Shown here: in pieces, positions 46,816 through 57,698 of the stretch
How positions within the stretch are numbered: the stretch's first letter is position 1
Layout: each line of letters starts with the position of its first letter
DNA from: a virus
Lineage: Duplodnaviria > Heunggongvirae > Uroviricota > Caudoviricetes
Direction: 5' to 3' (one strand)
DNA: 64,000 bases
Virus record (IMG/VR): IMGVR_UViG_3300025466_001444
Program-made: the position numbers and the translations under genes
The notes under the pieces: model-generated
Told to the model about the DNA's origin: nothing
The model's input: only the letters and a program-made list of their open reading frames with translations
Database searches by the model: none

Positions 46816-47862
46816 TTACTTTTTAATTGTTTTAGAAAGATTAGAAACATACATCTGCATAGAAGAATCCATGTTTGAATTTGACTTGTTCATTTCTGGC
46901 TCTTCAACACTCTCACTAAGAAGACGATCTTCAACAACCTTGATATCGCTCTTTCCAGCAAAATATGTTTCCTTAATGACATTTGCCTTCTTACGGAATT
47001 CATTTGCATCAGAATAACTCACAGCTTCAGTAAGCTTAACAAACTTATCTTTTTGTACTGAAGTCATTCCTTCTGTTAGGCTATCAGAAATTTCTCTGAC
47101 TTCCTTTTCATTGACAAGCTTTGTAAGTTCAATATTATCTGCAGTGGTTTCGTTTACTAGAGTTTCTAGTTCTTCGATACGCATTGCCAATGATTCAACA
47201 ACATCAACCTTGTCTTCTGGAATTTCAACATAATGCTCTTCAAATAGACCCTTCAATCCGTTGATAAAAGATTCGGTTACTTGAGCACGAATATTGTTTT
47301 CGATAGCAAGTCTATTATCAGAAGCCCATTCTGCTACTGCATAATTTAGATATGCGTCAATATTTGACATCATATCTTCCTTAATTTCAATATATGATTC
47401 TTCAAGCTTTTCTTCAAATTCTTCTTCTAGACGAGCGTTTTCGATTCCAACTCTAGTTGAAACAGCAGCTTCAAATAGTGTTCCTACCTTAATACGAAAA
47501 TCTTCAGAAAGATCAGTTGAATCACCAAAAAGAAGATTTAGGTCTTCCTTTACTGACTGCATAGGATCGCCCTTAGCATTACTTGATCTAATAGTAGCCT
47601 TGTTTTTTGCAGACATATCGCCAGTTGCAAGATTTGTATTGTTGTTAAAAATTTCTTCTGGCTCAGGAATTCCCATCTTCTCAATTGCTTGAGAAAGGTC
47701 TTCTTTACCAAGTTGTGATGCATAAGCAACCATCTTTGAAATCAAATCAGAACGTGAAATTCCAGTTGGCTTCATAGCAATTGTTGCTTGATTTGATGCA
47801 GCAGCATCTTCTTCAAGAGTGATTTCTTCTACATCATCAATATTGTTTAGTTCGTCAGACAT
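46816..47862 (-). CDS. 22: prohead scaffold protein gp22-like (acidic coiled coil)
   Basis: Glu-rich coiled-coil protein between gp21 and gp23. Confidence 0.7.
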   Translation of the reverse strand: MSDELNNIDDVEEITLEEDAAASNQATIAMKPTGISRSDLISKMVAYASQLGKEDLSQAIEKMGIPEPEEIFNNNTNLATGDMSAKNKATIRSSNAKGDPMQSVKEDLNLLFGDSTDLSEDFRIKVGTLFEAAVSTRVGIENARLEEEFEEKLEESYIEIKEDMMSNIDAYLNYAVAEWASDNRLAIENNIRAQVTESFINGLKGLFEEHYVEIPEDKVDVVESLAMRIEELETLVNETTADNIELTKLVNEKEVREISDSLTEGMTSVQKDKFVKLTEAVSYSDANEFRKKANVIKETYFAGKSDIKVVEDRLLSESVEEPEMNKSNSNMDSSMQMYVSNLSKTIKK

Positions 47863-47907
47863 TAGATATTCTCCTTAAAAATTTTATATGTAAATTATTT
47901 ATACTTT

Positions 47908-48573
47908 TTATAAATTTGAAATTAAATGCTGAAATACTCTCAGCTTTGCTTCTTCAAGTTCTTTTTTAGAATGTGTAACTTTGGCAGCTACTTCATTAAT
48001 GTGCTTCTTAGCTGCTTCTACCTTCTGAGCCTTTATAATACCGTTGTCCCAAATCCACTCAACGCCTTCCATGATGCCATTTACAAAAGCATCAGGTGCG
48101 GAAGGATCAGCAACAATATCACCTGCTGTAGCAAGATAAAAATCGTCTTGAACAACATGAACTCCATTTTCTTCTACAATTGATCCCATACCTCTTGTAG
48201 AAACACCAAGTTGAACGCCACTTTCAATAAGATTGCGAGCAATATTTCCCATTGGAGTATTAAGAATCTTAGCTTTTCCCATAAAATTATTGCCTTCTTG
48301 TGTAAGGCTTGTAATGCAATGTGAAACTCTATCAAGATTCATAGAAGGACTATCTGGATGACCTAGTTCGCCCAAAGCTCTATTCTTATTGACATAATTT
48401 TCTACATAACGCTTAACTTCACGAGAAACTGATTCCATTCTATATATACGGTTATTTCTATTTTTTTGTTCAGTTTGAATAAAAGGACCGACAATATAAA
48501 GTGTCTTTTGCCCTTCTCTTCCTTCTTCCGTGATGCATTTTACATCTTCGTTTAATTCTGTGATAAGTTTCAT
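47908..48573 (-). CDS. 21: prohead core protease gp21
   Basis: GELGHPDSP...H...S pattern, 221 aa, in synteny. Confidence 0.8.
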   Translation of the reverse strand: MKLITELNEDVKCITEEGREGQKTLYIVGPFIQTEQKNRNNRIYRMESVSREVKRYVENYVNKNRALGELGHPDSPSMNLDRVSHCITSLTQEGNNFMGKAKILNTPMGNIARNLIESGVQLGVSTRGMGSIVEENGVHVVQDDFYLATAGDIVADPSAPDAFVNGIMEGVEWIWDNGIIKAQKVEAAKKHINEVAAKVTHSKKELEEAKLRVFQHLISNL

Positions 48574-48577
48574 TTTT

Positions 48578-48829
48578 TTAATTCCTATATGCTACTGAAA
48601 CGGCTTTTAAATTTACACCTGTAAGTAAATCAGTGGTAGATTTTTCTAATGTTATTACTTCATATGGTGTAAGTGTGACGTTAGCATAAGTAGCAGTTGT
48701 ATTAGCAACTGATAAAACAGTTAAAGTATTGTTTGCATTTGTTATTCTAACAAGTCTAGATAAAGAAACAGTATTTCCTGTTCCGTTTAATCCAATTTCT
48801 GTTCCTAAAAATTTATAAACAGCCGACAT
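48578..48829 (-). CDS. hypothetical head-module protein (83 aa)
   Basis: ORF. Confidence 0.4.
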   Translation of the reverse strand: MSAVYKFLGTEIGLNGTGNTVSLSRLVRITNANNTLTVLSVANTTATYANVTLTPYEVITLEKSTTDLLTGVNLKAVSVAYRN

Positions 48830-48831
48830 TT

Positions 48832-50169
48832 TTAAAATCCTTGTTCTTCTGCAAACTGAAATAACTGCATTATGCCTTCTTCAGTTTCTAATTTTTCTAT
48901 AAATTTTTCTTTATTTTCATCAGAAAGATTTTCATATAATCTATTTAGTTTTTCTTCAATCATATCATCTGATTCACCAATTTTAATTTGTTTTCTTGGT
49001 TTGTGACGTTTAAAAAGTTCCACTCTTCCTGCAGGTGAAATTCTTGTAGAAGTTATAATATCACGTTTATCTGATTGCATTGTTGTTGGGTCTGCATCTT
49101 CTGCAAATCTCGATTTACCACTTCTCAGTCTTGCAACAGCTTGCTTATGTTTATCTAATTGTCTAAGAAGATCGTCAGGAACTGCTTTGCCACTCTTCTT
49201 AAGACGAGAAATTGTTCCAGATAAATCTTCTAAAGCATCTTTATGAAAAAATATATCATCACGAGCTTCCGAAGTTACTTCAATTTCTTCATTTCTTGGT
49301 TGTGCTTGTGATGCAATACGACTTCTCATATAAGTTAATTGTTTAGTAAGAAAATTTTGTCTATGCCAATTTTCTGCTCTTTTCTTAAGATCAGGATCAA
49401 GATTTTTTCTTTTATTTGTATCTCTTGCTTTATCTAAAGCCGCTGAAGCTCTTTCTAAATCAGCTCTTTTAAATTCTGTTTCATCAAGAACTTCTTCTGA
49501 AACTTCTTTTTTCTTCATTGCGGCTTTAATTTTTAATTTTTCTAAAGCAGCATTAGCAAAATGTCTTCTCATTGCTTTTTCATCACCAATTCTTCCAGCA
49601 TCATAGCCCATTTCTGTATAATCTTTAGCCTTTTGCTGTGCAGCACGAGCAGAATCAACATCTTCCTTTACTGCTTTATCATAAGCAACATCTTTAGCAT
49701 TAGCATCGCTAGTTCCAACTTTTGCTTTTAAACGTTTGTATCCTTGATTAATTTTATCAAGAGCAAGAGTATGTCCTTTTGATCTTTTCATAAAAGTTTC
49801 ATGACCTTCTGAACCTTTTACCATTGCATTATCCATAGATTTTTCTGCTCTTTTTGCATAATTTAATGCAAGTTTGTCAGAAATTTCATCGATCTGTTCT
49901 ACTTCTTCATTTGTTTTTTTATTATAACCTTTTGGCCATTCACTTTTCATGAGTGCATCATAATCGGCAGCATGTTTCTTAGCTTTTTCAGCATGGCGCA
50001 TTGCTCTTTCTTTATCAGGAAATTTTGCATCCCAAAAATAATGAGCATTTTTTACATTAGAATTTGCCATTCTGCCATGTTCATCCCATGCAGAACCAGC
50101 TTGTGGTTTATCATTTGAAGAAGCAACTTTTTCTCTCTTGTATTGGTCGAAATTTGGTTTCTTATCCAT
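48832..50169 (-). CDS. Lys/Glu-rich prohead core/internal protein candidate (445 aa)
   Basis: Low-complexity charged protein in the head-assembly module. Confidence 0.45.
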   Translation of the reverse strand: MDKKPNFDQYKREKVASSNDKPQAGSAWDEHGRMANSNVKNAHYFWDAKFPDKERAMRHAEKAKKHAADYDALMKSEWPKGYNKKTNEEVEQIDEISDKLALNYAKRAEKSMDNAMVKGSEGHETFMKRSKGHTLALDKINQGYKRLKAKVGTSDANAKDVAYDKAVKEDVDSARAAQQKAKDYTEMGYDAGRIGDEKAMRRHFANAALEKLKIKAAMKKKEVSEEVLDETEFKRADLERASAALDKARDTNKRKNLDPDLKKRAENWHRQNFLTKQLTYMRSRIASQAQPRNEEIEVTSEARDDIFFHKDALEDLSGTISRLKKSGKAVPDDLLRQLDKHKQAVARLRSGKSRFAEDADPTTMQSDKRDIITSTRISPAGRVELFKRHKPRKQIKIGESDDMIEEKLNRLYENLSDENKEKFIEKLETEEGIMQLFQFAEEQGF

Positions 50170-50170
50170 A

Positions 50171-51895
50171 TTACTTCCCGTCCTTCTTCAACATACCACG
50201 TTTATTGATAGTAGCCCATGCAATCTGTTTTGCTACCTTTGGCGATTTTCCAGATTTAATTTCACTTGTTTCAATGTGTCTTTCCATACGATCAACTTCT
50301 GCGCCTTCTTCAACATGATTTACTACTTCTTCAGTAGCCTTTACCTTTGGCTCAGGATAACCAAATTTCTTATCACCCCACTTCTTAAGAAGAGCAAGAT
50401 CAATTCCTTTTTGTCTTTTTCCAGAAGTTTTTACATCATCACCATAATATGCACCACGAGTACTTGTTTTAGCTTTTTGAATATATCTAGAAGCAAGATC
50501 ACGAGAAATTTCATCAAGTGGTTCTACTTCTTCATTTACATTGCCATATACTATGTAATCATGAATACTACAGATAGAAGCTTTTGCCATTGCTACCTTT
50601 GCTTGAACCCATGGTTCTACATGCATCTGTGATGGCATCTTGCTAAGAAGTTCTGTAGCATCGTGGATCATTGACTTAAGTTCTGTTGTAACCATACTGA
50701 CTTCTTCTTTTGAATCATCATAGTTTTCATGCATTTTATTCAAAGTAAGTGCAAGACGTGCACGTTTTCCAGCTTTACCAGAATCATGCTTATGTTCTTG
50801 CTCATATTCTGATGTGGTTTCGCCAGCACGTTTTGCTGCAGCCTTTAGAGCACCAGGATGTTTGATAGCACCAGCAATCCAATTCTTTTCTTCAAGCTCT
50901 TCTGCTTCTTCCTTACGAAGCATTTCAAAGTCTTGCTTATCAAGATGACCATTATGATTCTTGTCAAGAACCTTCTGGTTTCCTTTTAACTTATTTGGCT
51001 TTTTTGTAAACTTTCCAGGAACATAACGAGCATACATAGCTTTTTCTACGTCAATTCTCTTTTCAGCTAAAGCAATTGCTTCTTCTTCTTCGATAGCTTC
51101 CTTGACAATAGTTCTTAAAATTGCTTTAGCAGTATCACACGCATCGTTATAATCTTCTGTAAAATACTCATCTTCATTTACTGGATTAATTACACAATAA
51201 ATATCTGATGATTCTTGTACTGAAATGCCATACTCACCGATAACGAATGTTTTAATAGTTGAGTATATTTCTTCTTCAATAGATTCAACTTCTTCAGAAA
51301 CTTCTTTCTTTCTTGTAAGAATTTCTTTCCAATCAGTTTTTTCTTTTGTTTTATCTGGATTTGGCTTCTTTTTTCCGCCTTTACCATAACGAGCATTGTA
51401 TTCAGTTTCACCCTTCATTTCTTCTTTGACTGGCTCAGAAACTTCTTTTTCACTACTTTTATTATTATACTTATTAAGAACTTTTTCCTTGTTCTTCATA
51501 TAAGAATTTTCTACTTCATCAGATGAACGCTTCTTTCCACCAGCGCCATAACGAGCATTATATTCATCTTCACCCTTCATAGCTTCTTCAACAGATTCAA
51601 CTTCTTCTTTAACCCCAACTTCTTTTTGGGGATAATAATTTTGTGTTACCTTTAAATTTTTATCATAAACATCTTTTGATGCATCATTTTCACCATTCTG
51701 ATATGATGCAGGAAGTTTATTATCTTTACGAGGATTACCATTAAAAATAAAATCTTGGTCAGTAATCCCAGGAATCATATCTCTATTTGTTGGCTTTGGT
51801 TCGCCATGAAGCGCCTTAAAATTAATTTCGCCCTGTGACAAAGGCTGTGCCACTTCCATAATGGAGTTGATGGTGTTACGTACTGACTTTTCCAT
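50171..51895 (-). CDS. Lys/Glu-rich prohead core protein candidate with internal repeats (574 aa; gp68 position)
   Basis: Repeats E.MKGE.EYNARYG.GGKK. Located between gp67 and gp21. Confidence 0.45.
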   Translation of the reverse strand: MEKSVRNTINSIMEVAQPLSQGEINFKALHGEPKPTNRDMIPGITDQDFIFNGNPRKDNKLPASYQNGENDASKDVYDKNLKVTQNYYPQKEVGVKEEVESVEEAMKGEDEYNARYGAGGKKRSSDEVENSYMKNKEKVLNKYNNKSSEKEVSEPVKEEMKGETEYNARYGKGGKKKPNPDKTKEKTDWKEILTRKKEVSEEVESIEEEIYSTIKTFVIGEYGISVQESSDIYCVINPVNEDEYFTEDYNDACDTAKAILRTIVKEAIEEEEAIALAEKRIDVEKAMYARYVPGKFTKKPNKLKGNQKVLDKNHNGHLDKQDFEMLRKEEAEELEEKNWIAGAIKHPGALKAAAKRAGETTSEYEQEHKHDSGKAGKRARLALTLNKMHENYDDSKEEVSMVTTELKSMIHDATELLSKMPSQMHVEPWVQAKVAMAKASICSIHDYIVYGNVNEEVEPLDEISRDLASRYIQKAKTSTRGAYYGDDVKTSGKRQKGIDLALLKKWGDKKFGYPEPKVKATEEVVNHVEEGAEVDRMERHIETSEIKSGKSPKVAKQIAWATINKRGMLKKDGK

Positions 51896-51901
51896 TTTTA
51901 A

Positions 51902-52090
51902 TTATCCTTCGTGATTCTCATCTGTTGTTGATAGTGATGGATTAAAAAGTCTAGCAGAAACATTAGCTACCATATCTTCGATATGATCAGAAACTCTGGC
52001 TTGCATTTCTGCATCCAAAGCTCCACGTAGATTTACTGCATCTTTATTCCATGCATGTACTAAAATATTTTCAAGATTCTCATTATCCAT
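51902..52090 (-). CDS. gp67-like prohead core protein (by position)
   Basis: 62 aa ORF directly downstream of the portal gene. Confidence 0.4.
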   Translation of the reverse strand: MDNENLENILVHAWNKDAVNLRGALDAEMQARVSDHIEDMVANVSARLFNPSLSTTDENHEG

Positions 52091-52132
52091 TATATTTCTC
52101 CAATAAAAAATCTGTTACTTTATTTATATTTT

Positions 52133-53740
52133 TTAATACGCAGAACCTTGACCTGGTATGCTCGAATTTGTTTTTGGAGCATTACCACCCGTATTCTGTA
52201 GTTTTGATTGTTGTTCCATAGATTTTAATCCCTGATTGACTTCATCTTCAGGAACCATAGTTTCTGGTGATGGTTGTTCTTCAGCCATCTGTTGCATCAT
52301 TTCAAGAATTTCTTCATCAGTTTGATGTAGAACATTTTTGCGAACCCATTCATCAGAATAATACTTACCAATATATGGTTGAATTTGATTTAAAATATTA
52401 ATTCTATTTGAAATAACTTCTGCTTCTTTAAATTCTTCAAAATGATTATCAATATGAAAATCAAAATTTAATTTATTAGAAATTTCGGGCCAATCTTCTT
52501 CAGAAACAACACCTTTTAATATTAATTGTTTTTCAAGTGCCTTGAGAAGCAATTGAGAAAAACGTCTACGAAGTCTTCCGACAAATTTTGTAAATTTAAC
52601 TTCATCTCTAGTAATTTCTGCAGAACGGCCAAGATTAAATCCTGACTGACCAGAGTTTAATCTTGAAATAGGAACATTCAATGAATCATATAATCTTTTT
52701 TGAAAATATAATACGTCATCCATTTCACCAAGATTTTGTCCAGCTGGAAGTGTAGTAATTTCAGTACCACGATTTCCTTCACGACGAGGTAGCCAATAAT
52801 CTTCAAGCATAGTCATGTACTTTCGATCATCACGAACTTCACCACTGGCAGCATCATAAACAAGACGATTCTTGTGTCGAACCATCATATCACGAAGATA
52901 CTGTTCTGCTTTAATTTTTGGAAGATTGCCAACATCAATATAAAAAATTCTTCTTTCAGGCGCACGAGAAATACGATAGATAACTGTTGCATCCTCAAGT
53001 GTTCTCAACTGATTAAGAGGTTTAATTGCTTTTTGAAGATACGAATATACAACAGAATTATTTTGATCCATCATGCCAGATGTAACATGAAGAATAGAAT
53101 CAGTTGATATTCTCAAACCAGATGTGTTTGTATCCATAGGAAGACCACCATTACCACCAGCTGGCAAAAATGTTCTATCATTATACACAAAATATTCATT
53201 TTTTGCATCAAAAACAGTAATTGGACCTTTTGGAGTTCTTTTTACTTCTCTAATTTTTCGAATTTTTCTAGGATCAAGGTATCTAAATTCTTTAATACCT
53301 TCTCTTGGTGATTTTTCATCAATAATAACATGATAGTACATACGACCATCAATATACCATCTTTTAAAAATTTCATAAGCTTCATTTTGAAAATTAAACA
53401 AATCTAGTATATTTTCAAATTCTTCTCTAAAAATATTTTTAACATTATCACTATATTCTAATTTATCTGTGTTGAGACTTACGATTTTTTCTGCGTCAAC
53501 ATCCATAGCCTCATTGACAATATCATCAATGGCTTGTTCTAATTCCGGCTGTAAAGAAATTTCTCTATATTTTGCAACTAATTCTGATTCGGTTCTAGCA
53601 GTACCAGCAAGATCAACGAATGTGCCATATGCACCACCAGCTGCAACAACAACAGCACCATCATCCTTTAACTCTGGTGCAAAGGACTCAAGTGGCTTTT
53701 CATTTTTTCTTTTTATTTCATATCCAAATAATTGAACCAT
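52133..53740 (-). CDS. 20: portal protein gp20
   Basis: 535 aa between the gp19 and gp67 positions. T4 gp20-like length and order. Confidence 0.8.
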   Translation of the reverse strand: MVQLFGYEIKRKNEKPLESFAPELKDDGAVVVAAGGAYGTFVDLAGTARTESELVAKYREISLQPELEQAIDDIVNEAMDVDAEKIVSLNTDKLEYSDNVKNIFREEFENILDLFNFQNEAYEIFKRWYIDGRMYYHVIIDEKSPREGIKEFRYLDPRKIRKIREVKRTPKGPITVFDAKNEYFVYNDRTFLPAGGNGGLPMDTNTSGLRISTDSILHVTSGMMDQNNSVVYSYLQKAIKPLNQLRTLEDATVIYRISRAPERRIFYIDVGNLPKIKAEQYLRDMMVRHKNRLVYDAASGEVRDDRKYMTMLEDYWLPRREGNRGTEITTLPAGQNLGEMDDVLYFQKRLYDSLNVPISRLNSGQSGFNLGRSAEITRDEVKFTKFVGRLRRRFSQLLLKALEKQLILKGVVSEEDWPEISNKLNFDFHIDNHFEEFKEAEVISNRINILNQIQPYIGKYYSDEWVRKNVLHQTDEEILEMMQQMAEEQPSPETMVPEDEVNQGLKSMEQQSKLQNTGGNAPKTNSSIPGQGSAY

Positions 53741-53806
53741 AATAATATTTTTCCTTAAGAAAAGAGAGCCGTTATACTCTATTTATAACGGCTCTCGATT
53801 ACTTAA

Positions 53807-54358
53807 TTAGGAACCACCAGCATTACCAGTAGGACCATTCAATATTTGAAATGTGTCATATTGGAATGTTACTTGGAATTCTTCAATCTCGTCAACAGTT
53901 GCCCATGCAAGATCAATTGTAGAAATTGATTCTGGATAAATTCCATTGAACTGATAAGTTCTTAGAACATCTCCAGATTTTCCAAACTGAGTCACAGTTG
54001 CCTGTGACTTATATTCAGATGGAGCACCTGTTGCAAGTGCAGTAACATTTTGCTGATAAAGATTGATGTAGTTGTTCCATTGTTCCATGGCGTTTCTTAC
54101 AGCAAAATCTTCATCATTGATAATTGTTACTGTCCATGGATCAAAACGACGATCACCAGCAATCTTAAGTCTTCTTCCAAAATAAGGAACCTCAATTAGA
54201 CCAAGTTGTGAACTTGGAATTTGAGCTACCTTACAAAGGAAAGGAACTTTAATATCAGCAACTGGATTAATTGGATTGCTGATAATTACTTGGAAGAGAG
54301 AATTTCTCGCACCGCCAAATTTTAGCTGTGATCTAATTTCATTGATATTAAATGCCAT
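53807..54358 (-). CDS. 19: tail tube protein gp19
   Basis: GDRRFDPWTVTIINDEDFAVRNAMEQW matches T4 gp19 (GDRTFDDWTVTVMNDEAHDARQKF). Confidence 0.85.
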   Translation of the reverse strand: MAFNINEIRSQLKFGGARNSLFQVIISNPINPVADIKVPFLCKVAQIPSSQLGLIEVPYFGRRLKIAGDRRFDPWTVTIINDEDFAVRNAMEQWNNYINLYQQNVTALATGAPSEYKSQATVTQFGKSGDVLRTYQFNGIYPESISTIDLAWATVDEIEEFQVTFQYDTFQILNGPTGNAGGS

Positions 54359-54372
54359 TTTATTTCTCCCTC

Positions 54373-56505
54373 TTAAAACTTGCCAACAATTTCAGTAAAC
54401 TCGACACCAGTGCGTACTGCAACGAAGTTGAGCTGAATGAAATTGATTGAACGTGCGGGCTTGATATAAATGTCACCTCTAAATTCGTTTGCATCAATAA
54501 CTTCAGGAGTGTTATTTGTAGTATCACAAATTACTCTGAAATCATAGATTCCACGACGACCCTGAATATCACGAAGATATGGTTCTACAAGATTGCGGAA
54601 TGAAGCTCTTGTAAAATCATCGTTGAATTCAAATAGAGTTGACTTAGCAGCAATCGCAATTGCCTTCTCAAGCACAATGAATAGTCTGCGTACATTGATA
54701 CGATCAAATGCAGATGGTCTTGCAAGCAAGGTCTTATCACCATATAGAACTGTTCCCTGACCGGGGAAATTGACTACAGGGTTTACACCATTACGATAAA
54801 GAACATCACGATTTGCCTTATCAGGATTGTATGCAAGCTTTACAACATTCTTGATAATGCCTCTGTTGAATCCAGCTGGAGACCACCATGCATCACGAAC
54901 ATTATCTGTACGAACACAAAGACCAGCAATATCACCATTAAGAGGAACCCAACGATATGTGTCATTATACTTATCATATTGATACTTATAACCAGAATCA
55001 AGAACTGCATATGAAGTTGAAGTCAATGCATTTCTAAAAGCTGTAACATTATCTAGCTCATGACCGGGAACATTTACTACTGCAGAAAGATCAGGTGAAA
55101 TAAATGCTACACAATCTTTCCTATATTCGCAGATATTATCGATGATGTAATTTGCGAGTACTTCACCAATATTTCCTCTTGCCTTACCACCAAGAATCAA
55201 AGAAACATCTACATCTTCTGATGACTTATACTTGTCATATGCAGTCATTAACTTTGATACAGCAATAGTAGATTCTGGATCACCATCTGCGCCACTAGCA
55301 AAATTCAAAGAAAGATTGTTAGTTAAAGATGGTGCAAGAAGAGTATCATCAGCATTGCGTGGAGTTGTTGATAGTATGTCCTTTGCAGACCATACATACT
55401 TTGAACTCATATTAAGAACGTCTCTATAGAAAATAGAACCGCCTTGTTCGCCCTTTGCATCAGTTGCAATTGAAAGATTTGGCCAAACTTCTAGAATTTC
55501 ACCGGGAATACCAGTAAACTTACCATTTTGATCTACAACAACGATATGGACTTGATCCATAACCATGTTGTTTGCATTTCTTGATGATACATATCCAGAT
55601 GTTCCTGGAGCCATATCAACAGCATTGTGAAATTCCCAATACTTATTGGCTAAAGTTGTGCCATAATAATTTCCAGTGATGCTATTTGCAGTACCAGAAA
55701 TTGTAATATCCATCTTCTGTCTATAAGTTTCATTAAACATTATCTGGAAGCTAGAATTAATTCCTGAACCAACACTAACACTAGTTGTTCCACCAACAGC
55801 ACTAACAGTTAAGTATTGTGTTCCAGTAGAAGTATTACCTACAAGAAACACATCACCGATGTTAATGTTATTCTTCATATCAACTGCCATAGAAGGAGCA
55901 AGATTTACGTCAGTGACACTTTGGAAAACTATATTAGCTTCCATTGATCCTACTGGAATATTGAATGAAAAATATGTATTAGAAATTTGAATTGCAACAT
56001 TTGACCCATTATAAGCCATAAGTTGACTTGCATAAGCAGTTTCTGTTGGGCAGATAGAAATTCTTATAGAATTGCCAACATCACCAGCATACTTAGCAAC
56101 AAAATAAACATTGCTATAAGCATTTGAACCACCAGCTTCATTTAATGTAGTATATTGTGCTTCAAAATCATGAAGATTTTTAATAACAACAGTATTTCCA
56201 CCTACACCTGTTGATCCAACATTAGCGACGGCATTATATGCGGAGGCTGAAGCTGCTCTTGATACATATAGCTGATTGCCATATGCCAAGAAATTTGCAG
56301 CTGTGAAGAAGGTTTCGTAATTATTTGCGTTTGGTTTTCCAAAAACTGATACTAACTCGTCCTCAGATGACACAAGTACTCTGTCTTCTATTGGACCCCA
56401 TTTGAATACTCCAGCAGTTGCTCCAAAAGTTGAAGAAACGGCAGGAACAATGGTTGTTAGATCAATTTCAGAAACGTTAACGCCGGGACTAACTTGAAAT
56501 GGCAT
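54373..56505 (-). CDS. 18: tail sheath protein gp18
   Basis: N-terminal SPGV...GVFKWGPIE matches T4 gp18 (SPGIE...GKFQWGP). 710 aa. Confidence 0.85.
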   Translation of the reverse strand: MPFQVSPGVNVSEIDLTTIVPAVSSTFGATAGVFKWGPIEDRVLVSSEDELVSVFGKPNANNYETFFTAANFLAYGNQLYVSRAASASAYNAVANVGSTGVGGNTVVIKNLHDFEAQYTTLNEAGGSNAYSNVYFVAKYAGDVGNSIRISICPTETAYASQLMAYNGSNVAIQISNTYFSFNIPVGSMEANIVFQSVTDVNLAPSMAVDMKNNINIGDVFLVGNTSTGTQYLTVSAVGGTTSVSVGSGINSSFQIMFNETYRQKMDITISGTANSITGNYYGTTLANKYWEFHNAVDMAPGTSGYVSSRNANNMVMDQVHIVVVDQNGKFTGIPGEILEVWPNLSIATDAKGEQGGSIFYRDVLNMSSKYVWSAKDILSTTPRNADDTLLAPSLTNNLSLNFASGADGDPESTIAVSKLMTAYDKYKSSEDVDVSLILGGKARGNIGEVLANYIIDNICEYRKDCVAFISPDLSAVVNVPGHELDNVTAFRNALTSTSYAVLDSGYKYQYDKYNDTYRWVPLNGDIAGLCVRTDNVRDAWWSPAGFNRGIIKNVVKLAYNPDKANRDVLYRNGVNPVVNFPGQGTVLYGDKTLLARPSAFDRINVRRLFIVLEKAIAIAAKSTLFEFNDDFTRASFRNLVEPYLRDIQGRRGIYDFRVICDTTNNTPEVIDANEFRGDIYIKPARSINFIQLNFVAVRTGVEFTEIVGKF

Positions 56506-56567
56506 TGTTTTCTCCTTTTTATAATAAAAATCACATATTATTTCGTATGATTATTTATAAAAACTCA

Positions 56568-57374
56568 ATTTAGTAAAAATTTTTCAAACTCGTTTTCACT
56601 CATTACTTTATCGTTAAATTCTTCTTCCCTGCCATCATGTATAATACCAAAAGGTGTGAAATCTTCTTCAACTTCTTCTTCAATTCGTCTACGGATATCT
56701 GTATTTGAAACATCTTTAAAATAATTTTGACTTGCCATCCAAGCAAAAAGAACCATGCACATTACCAAATCGTCATGATGTCCTTCTTCTGCATTGTAAG
56801 TATTTCTATCAACAGCATATGTGGACAGTTCATTTATAATATCATAATCATTTAAAATTATTTTATCAGATTCGATAAGAGTTTTTAAGTTAGCGCATCC
56901 TATTCTTTTAGTAACTTGAGTTGTTTTTATACCTAATCTATTTTGATTACCTGATATACCTATTGCTGTGCCTTTTTTACCACTCATTTTTGTCATAACA
57001 ATATTTTCATATTCTAAATCTTGATGTAGAATATTTACTACTTGTGATCCTATATTTATTTCAACCAATATAGCTGCTTCGTTATAATATTTTCCTATAT
57101 TAGAAAGTAATGTTGGTAACATTAATTGTGATATATTTGAATCTTTAAATGTAGCAACGACTTCATATGGAACAGTAGAACAATCGATTACTACGAGTGC
57201 AGATGAATCCATCCCTAAACCTTCGCTAACATCTACTGTTATGGAATAAATATGATCTTTGATTGGATGTTTATATATTTTTACTTCATGAGGATTGTCT
57301 ATTGGTCTCATGTATGCTAATCTAGAAAGAACTGAAGGATGGATAAGAGTGTTAGTAGAACCTAAGAATTCGCA
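56568..57374 (-). CDS. 17: terminase large subunit gp17, C-extein (nuclease domain) portion of fragment 56565..57698
   Basis: Begins with Cys (+1) right after ...SHN, then a RuvC/RNaseH-like nuclease region (VDVSEGLGMDSSALVV...D...HHDD). Confidence 0.8.
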
Positions 57375-57698
57375 ATTATGTGATAAAATATCATTTGCAT
57401 AAAACTGTTCATTTTCTACTCCAACAATATCAAAATATTCAAATTCTCCCTCTTTGTAATCTAGAAAAAATATCTTAGATTTTTCGTTTTTACATATGAT
57501 AATATCGTCGTTCTTAAGATCAATAGATTTCTTCCAACCATCTACAGTCATGATTCGGTGGGTAAGCGAACATTTTAATTGACTGCCGTTTTCTAAATGA
57601 ATTTCAATTTGACCATTTTTTTTAATTTTTTGTACACCTTTAAAAGGTAAATACCCTTCAGATGTTTCTATTAATGTATTATTATTTTTAAAGAACAT
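57375..57698 (-). mobile_element. split intein C-fragment (108 aa, blocks F/G: DIVGVENEQFYANDILSHN) fused upstream of TerL C-extein
   Basis: Own Met start. Ends with HN followed by Cys+1. Confidence 0.8.
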
